Part shown: positions 58,003-64,000 of the stretch, in pieces
How the letters are laid out: each line of letters begins with the position of its first letter
Numbering within the stretch: the first letter of the stretch is position 1
Assembly: GCF_000737315.1 (NCBI RefSeq)
Contig: NZ_JMCB01000009.1
Location: 62,001-126,000, forward strand
DNA length: 64,000 nt
Source: Hyalangium minutum
GTDB taxonomy: Bacteria > Myxococcota > Myxococcia > Myxococcales > Myxococcaceae
Direction: 5' to 3'
Made by a program: the position numbers and the translations under genes
The notes under the pieces: generated by a model
Told to the model about the DNA's origin: nothing
The model's database searches: none
Seen by the model: the letters and a program-made list of their open reading frames with translations, nothing else

Positions 58003-58479
58003 CTACACTCTGTCAGCTTCGGCGCGAGCGTCGCTCTGCCTCACGCCTACGTCCTCCGCGAGGCCACTGCCGCGCCAGCTCTCTCTGGGCTCGGGCGAGA
58101 TGTCCCTGCCGATGACGTCGCTGCGCTGTGTCGTGCGCAGCCCCTTCATGGCCCAGGCGTCCACGAGCGTGAGTCCCACAGCCGTGAGGGTCCCCGCGAG
58201 CCGCCAGGCCCAGGGCACCTCCGGCCGGCGCAGCGTGACGCCCAGCACGCAGAGGTCCACCGCATCTCCGGCGAGGCGTGCCCACAGCCAAGGACGTGGA
58301 TCGCGCCGTGTCAGCAGGCCCACTCCCTTGAGGATCTCTCGCACGCCGTGCGCGCGCACCAGCTCCATGCGTCCCCGAAAGCCCAGCCGCTGGCAGAATC
58401 GTTCCGAGAATGTGAGCTCGGCCAGGCCGAGTCCCACGCTCCACCACCCCAGTCCTTGGGAGAGCCGGTTGGCATCCAT
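58003..58479 (-). CDS. Hypothetical membrane protein resembling the N-terminal domain of SRPBCC/cyclase-dehydrase fusion proteins
   Basis: GLGWWSVGLGLAEL, GVREI..G, WLWARLAGDAVDL pattern. Confidence 0.55.
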   Translation of the reverse strand: MDANRLSQGLGWWSVGLGLAELTFSERFCQRLGFRGRMELVRAHGVREILKGVGLLTRRDPRPWLWARLAGDAVDLCVLGVTLRRPEVPWAWRLAGTLTAVGLTLVDAWAMKGLRTTQRSDVIGRDISPEPRESWRGSGLAEDVGVRQSDARAEADRV

Positions 58480-58602
58480 GCGGTGCACCTCCTCCTGACA
58501 AGACTGGGGGTACTGGGAAAAAACGCCAACGAGTGTCCGCTCCGCTGCCCGGTGAGCGAGCGGGAGAGGCAGCCGATTCAGCGAAGGCGTGTGCCGTGGA
58601 AA

Positions 58603-60612
<2,010 letters not shown>

Positions 60613-60624
60613 TGAGTTCCCTCG

Positions 60625-62241
60625 CTACAGCCGGGCGACGCCGAAGGTGTTCGGCGAGAGCGTGCGGCGCGCGGCCTCCTCGCAGGTGGACAGGATGAAC
60701 CCGAGCACGCGCCGCGTGTCCCGTGGGTCGATGACGCCGTCGTCGAACAGCCGGGCGCTGCAGTGAAACGCGTCTGACTCGGCGTCGAACTGCTCGATGA
60801 GCGGCCGCGACATCTCGCTCATCGCCGCCTCGTCGAAGGGTTGACCGGCACGGCGGGCCTTCTCGGAGAAGACGATGGACAGCACCTTCGCCGCCTGCTC
60901 TCCGCCCATCACCGCCGTGCGCGCATTCGGCCACGCGAAGATGAAGCGCGGATGGAACGCGCGGCCGCACATGCCGTAGTTGCCAGCGCCGAAGGACCCG
61001 CCGATCAGGAAGGTCACCTGCGGCACGGTCGCGTTCGCCACTGCCTGCAACATCTTCGCGCCGTGCTTCACGATGCCGCCCTGCTCCGACTGCGTGCCGA
61101 CCATGTAGCCGGTCGTGTTCTGTAGGTAGACGATCGGCGTCCGCGCCTGGGAGCAGAGCTGGATGAACTGCCCCGCCTTGGCCGCGCCCTTGGCAGTGAT
61201 CGGCCCATTGTTCCCGATGATGCCAATCGCCCGGCCCTCGACCCGCGCCCAGCCGCAGACGGTGAGCGCGTCGTATTCATCCTTGAAGGGCGAGAAGTCT
61301 GACCCGTCGACGATCCGAGCGATCACCTCACGGCAGTCGTACGGCCGACGGTAGTCAAGCGGCACCACACCGCACAGCTCGTCGGCGGCGTAGCGCGGCG
61401 GCTCGACGGCGGCACGCTCGAGCGGCGGCAGCCTGTCGTTCCACCCGAGCGACGCGATGACCTCGCGAGCGATGCGGATCCCATCGGCGTCGTCCTCGGC
61501 GAGGTGGTCGGCGGTGCCAGCGACGGTGGCGTGCATCTCGGCGCCGCCGAGGTCCTCGTCGGTTGCCACCTCACCGGTTGCGGCGAGAAGAAGCGGTGGG
61601 CCAGCGAGGAACACCTTCGCCTTGCCGCGCACCATGATGACGTGGTCGGAGAGCCCCGGGATGTACGCGCCGCCAGCGGTGCTGGAGCCGTGCACCACGG
61701 TGATCTGCGGGATGCCGGCCGCCGACAGCTTCGCCTGGTTGTAGAAGGTCTCGCCGCCAGGCACGAAGAGTTCCTGCTGGTAGAGCAGGTTCGCGCCGCC
61801 GCTCTCGACGAGCGACACGACGGGCAGCCGGTTCTCGAGCGCGATCTCCTGCGCCCGGAGCGTCTTCTGTACCCCCCAGGGCGTCGCGGTGCCGCCCTTG
61901 ATGGCGGAGTTGGTCACGACCACGAGACAGCGCACCCCCGAGACGAACCCGATACCGATGAGGATGTTGCCGCCCGCGAGCGAGCCGTCGCTGTCGTCGT
62001 GGTGCTTGTAGCCGCAGAGCGTCGAGAGCTCGAGGAAGGGCGAGCCGCGGTCGAGCAGCAGCGCAAGGCGCTCGCGGGGCAAGAGCTGTCCGCGGCGCTG
62101 GAACTTCTCGCGGGCTTGCTGCTCGGTGTCGCGCGACTTCGCCTCGATGGCGCGCAGCTCTGAGACGCGGGCGAGCATCTCCGTCCTGTGCGTGGCGAAG
62201 CTGGCGGAGGCCAGATCAATGGAGGAAACAAGCCGGGGCAC
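60625..62241 (-). CDS. atuC: Carboxyltransferase beta subunit (AtuC-like)
   Basis: RERLALLLD, ESGGANL, GGAYIPGLSD, FLAGPPL, GAGNYGMCG; GTG 62241. Confidence 0.85.
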   Translation of the reverse strand: MPRLVSSIDLASASFATHRTEMLARVSELRAIEAKSRDTEQQAREKFQRRGQLLPRERLALLLDRGSPFLELSTLCGYKHHDDSDGSLAGGNILIGIGFVSGVRCLVVVTNSAIKGGTATPWGVQKTLRAQEIALENRLPVVSLVESGGANLLYQQELFVPGGETFYNQAKLSAAGIPQITVVHGSSTAGGAYIPGLSDHVIMVRGKAKVFLAGPPLLLAATGEVATDEDLGGAEMHATVAGTADHLAEDDADGIRIAREVIASLGWNDRLPPLERAAVEPPRYAADELCGVVPLDYRRPYDCREVIARIVDGSDFSPFKDEYDALTVCGWARVEGRAIGIIGNNGPITAKGAAKAGQFIQLCSQARTPIVYLQNTTGYMVGTQSEQGGIVKHGAKMLQAVANATVPQVTFLIGGSFGAGNYGMCGRAFHPRFIFAWPNARTAVMGGEQAAKVLSIVFSEKARRAGQPFDEAAMSEMSRPLIEQFDAESDAFHCSARLFDDGVIDPRDTRRVLGFILSTCEEAARRTLSPNTFGVARL

Positions 62242-62242
62242 G

Positions 62243-63121
62243 TCACTCCTCCTTCTTGCCGCCGAGGATCTTCGGCGACGCCGCGAGGTGGAACCCCTCG
62301 TACGGCTTCGAGTTCGAGTGCTCCTGCAGCGGGAACGCCTTCGTGTTGCAGGAGGCGGCACCGTCGATGCGGATGACCTCGCCGGAGATGAAGGCCGCCG
62401 CGTCGGACAGAAGAAACACGATGGCGGCGCTCACCTCGGCCTCGGTCGCGAGCCGGTGCAGAGGCACCTGCCGGCGCAGCTGCGGGATGAGCTCGCGGAC
62501 GCGCGGGTCCTCGTAGGTATCGAGGCCGCTCGAAGCAACCCAGCCGGGCGCGACGGCATTCACGCGAACGCCAGCGAAGGCCCACTCGACGGCCGCCGTC
62601 TGTGTCAGGTTGAACATGCCAGCGCGCGCCGCACCCGAGTGCGCCATGCCTGGCATGCCATTCCACGCGTCCGCGAGCATGTTGACCATCGCGCCGCCGT
62701 GGTCGCACATCGACTGCGTGAACACCTCGCGCGCGACGAGAAAGCCGCCCGTGAGGTTCGTGGCGACGACCGCCTCGAAGCCCTTCTTCGAGATTAGCGC
62801 AAGCGGTGAGGGAAACTGTCCGCCCGCGTTGTTCACGAGCCCGTCGATGCGGCCGCGCGCCGAGACGATGGCAGCGACCATGGCGCGCACTCCTTCCTCG
62901 TCTCGAATGTCGACGGCGTGTTGCGTTGACGCGTAGCCCTCGGCGGAGAGCTCTCCGGCGACGCGCGCGAGCTTGTCCGGCTTGCGGCCGACGAGGACGA
63001 CATGCGCACCGAGCGACGCAAGCTCGTGCGCCGTGCACCGCCCGATGCCGCTGCCAGCCCCGGTGACGACGATCGTCCGGCCCGCGAAGGCGCTTGGAGC
63101 GAAGAGTGATCGGTAGCCCAT
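62243..63121 (-). CDS. atuB: SDR, citronellol/citronellal dehydrogenase AtuB-like
   Basis: TGAGSGIG, NNAGGQF, HSGAARAG (non-YxxxK), between atuA and atuC. Confidence 0.8.
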   Translation of the reverse strand: MGYRSLFAPSAFAGRTIVVTGAGSGIGRCTAHELASLGAHVVLVGRKPDKLARVAGELSAEGYASTQHAVDIRDEEGVRAMVAAIVSARGRIDGLVNNAGGQFPSPLALISKKGFEAVVATNLTGGFLVAREVFTQSMCDHGGAMVNMLADAWNGMPGMAHSGAARAGMFNLTQTAAVEWAFAGVRVNAVAPGWVASSGLDTYEDPRVRELIPQLRRQVPLHRLATEAEVSAAIVFLLSDAAAFISGEVIRIDGAASCNTKAFPLQEHSNSKPYEGFHLAASPKILGGKKEE

Positions 63122-63214
63122 CGTGTTCTCCTCAGCCGCGCAACCTGGCGGATGGCGCGATGTTTCGGGTTCTCTGCATGAACGGCCTCGGGCGGATGCG
63201 GAGCATTCGGAGGC

Positions 63215-64000
63215 TCATAGAAGCTGTTCGGGCACGTCGACGTGGCGCGCGCGCAGCCACTCGCCAAGCGCCTTGCCCTGCGGATCAAAGCGGGTGGACG
63301 ACGAGACGCCCTCTCCGAGGAGGCCCTCGACCACGAAATTCAAGGCACGCAGGTTCGGCAGCACGTGCCGGTGGATCTTCAGGCTGCGCGTCTCCGGCAG
63401 CAGCGTGCGCAAGGCCTCCTCCGTGAGTGCATGCGCGAGCCAGCGCCAGGCCTCCTCGGTGCGCACCCACACGCCGATGTTCGCGTCGCCGCCCTTGTCG
63501 CCGCTGCGGGCGAGCGCGACCTGGCCGAGCGGCACACGCCTCGTGGGCCCCGGCGTCAGCGGCGTGGGCAGCACTGGCGCCGACACCGCTTCGAGCCTGC
63601 GCGCCTCGTCCACCGGCGCGATGTCGGTGCGTGCACCGTCCGGAAGTACAGCGACGTGCGGCACCTTCCGCGCGTCGACATAAGCCGGCGTGTAGACGCC
63701 GAAGGGGGCCCCGTCCCCGGGCAGGCCCGTCAGGCAGAAGCCGGGATAGCTGGCGAGCGCGAGTTCCACCGCGGCGCTGCTGAAGGGCTTTCCGACGGCC
63801 TTCGGATCGGCGTCCTTCACCGTGACCCGCAGCGTCGCCGAGGCCTGCTCCTCGGTCGGTGCGTCGGCGTGGTCGGTGCGTGCGAGCGTGTAGATGACCT
63901 CAGCCGGCCGTGGGTTGAGCGCCGCATCGAGCTGCGCCCGCACGAGCGCGGCCTTCCTCTCGATGTCCAGGCCGACGAGCACGAACGTTGCTTCATTGCG
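63215..64000 (-). CDS. atuA: 3' part of AtuA (DUF1446 acyclic terpene utilisation protein)
   Basis: ARSGDKGGDANIGVW, LPNLRALNF, DPQGKALGEWL; runs off the window. Confidence 0.85.
   Translation of the reverse strand, partial: RNEATFVLVGLDIERKAALVRAQLDAALNPRPAEVIYTLARTDHADAPTEEQASATLRVTVKDADPKAVGKPFSSAAVELALASYPGFCLTGLPGDGAPFGVYTPAYVDARKVPHVAVLPDGARTDIAPVDEARRLEAVSAPVLPTPLTPGPTRRVPLGQVALARSGDKGGDANIGVWVRTEEAWRWLAHALTEEALRTLLPETRSLKIHRHVLPNLRALNFVVEGLLGEGVSSSTRFDPQGKALGEWLRARHVDVPEQLL

Noticed and set aside
63132-63206. 24-aa mini-ORF MLRIRPRPFMQRTRNIAPSARLRG between atuA and atuB
   Set aside because: No clear RBS, no homology cue, length expected by chance

Overview
A GC-rich myxobacterial chromosome segment (Cystobacterineae, probably Archangiaceae/Stigmatella-Hyalangium-like; taxon inferred from gene content and order). 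From about 1 to 49.2 kb it is core genome, and from my recollection the order resembles the Myxococcus xanthus exoA...actAB...relA...dnaK region. It holds the start of the spore-coat exo operon (exoA-exoB-exoC) with a sigma54 promoter, treZ plus a glycogen debranching enzyme, an ECF sigma/anti-sigma/periplasmic trio, two tandem prephenate dehydratases, actA-actB with a consensus sigma54 promoter, an inserted Rpn nuclease gene, a triple-domain DsbA, ridA-rel, an FHA/kinase/FHA module, dksA, a DacZ-type diadenylate cyclase, a LysM-GH19 lysozyme, a RavA-like AAA+/VWA/PspA-like gene set, dnaK, PhoH2, greB, tRNA-Lys and tRNA-Glu. After the tRNAs the region looks accessory: an orphan hexapeptide acetyltransferase, a 5'-truncated Kelch gene, two secreted multidomain alpha-amylases, two SDRs and a partial atu (acyclic terpene utilisation) cluster. 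The best candidate for an undescribed system is the AAA+ (RavA/MoxR)-VWA-PspA/ESCRT-III-like operon at 35.0-40.5 kb. Next are the zinc-ribbon FHA-kinase-FHA module within a Rel/DksA/DAC cluster and a probable nested antitoxin inside the Rpn gene. All calls come from motif reading and recalled family knowledge; no database search was run.
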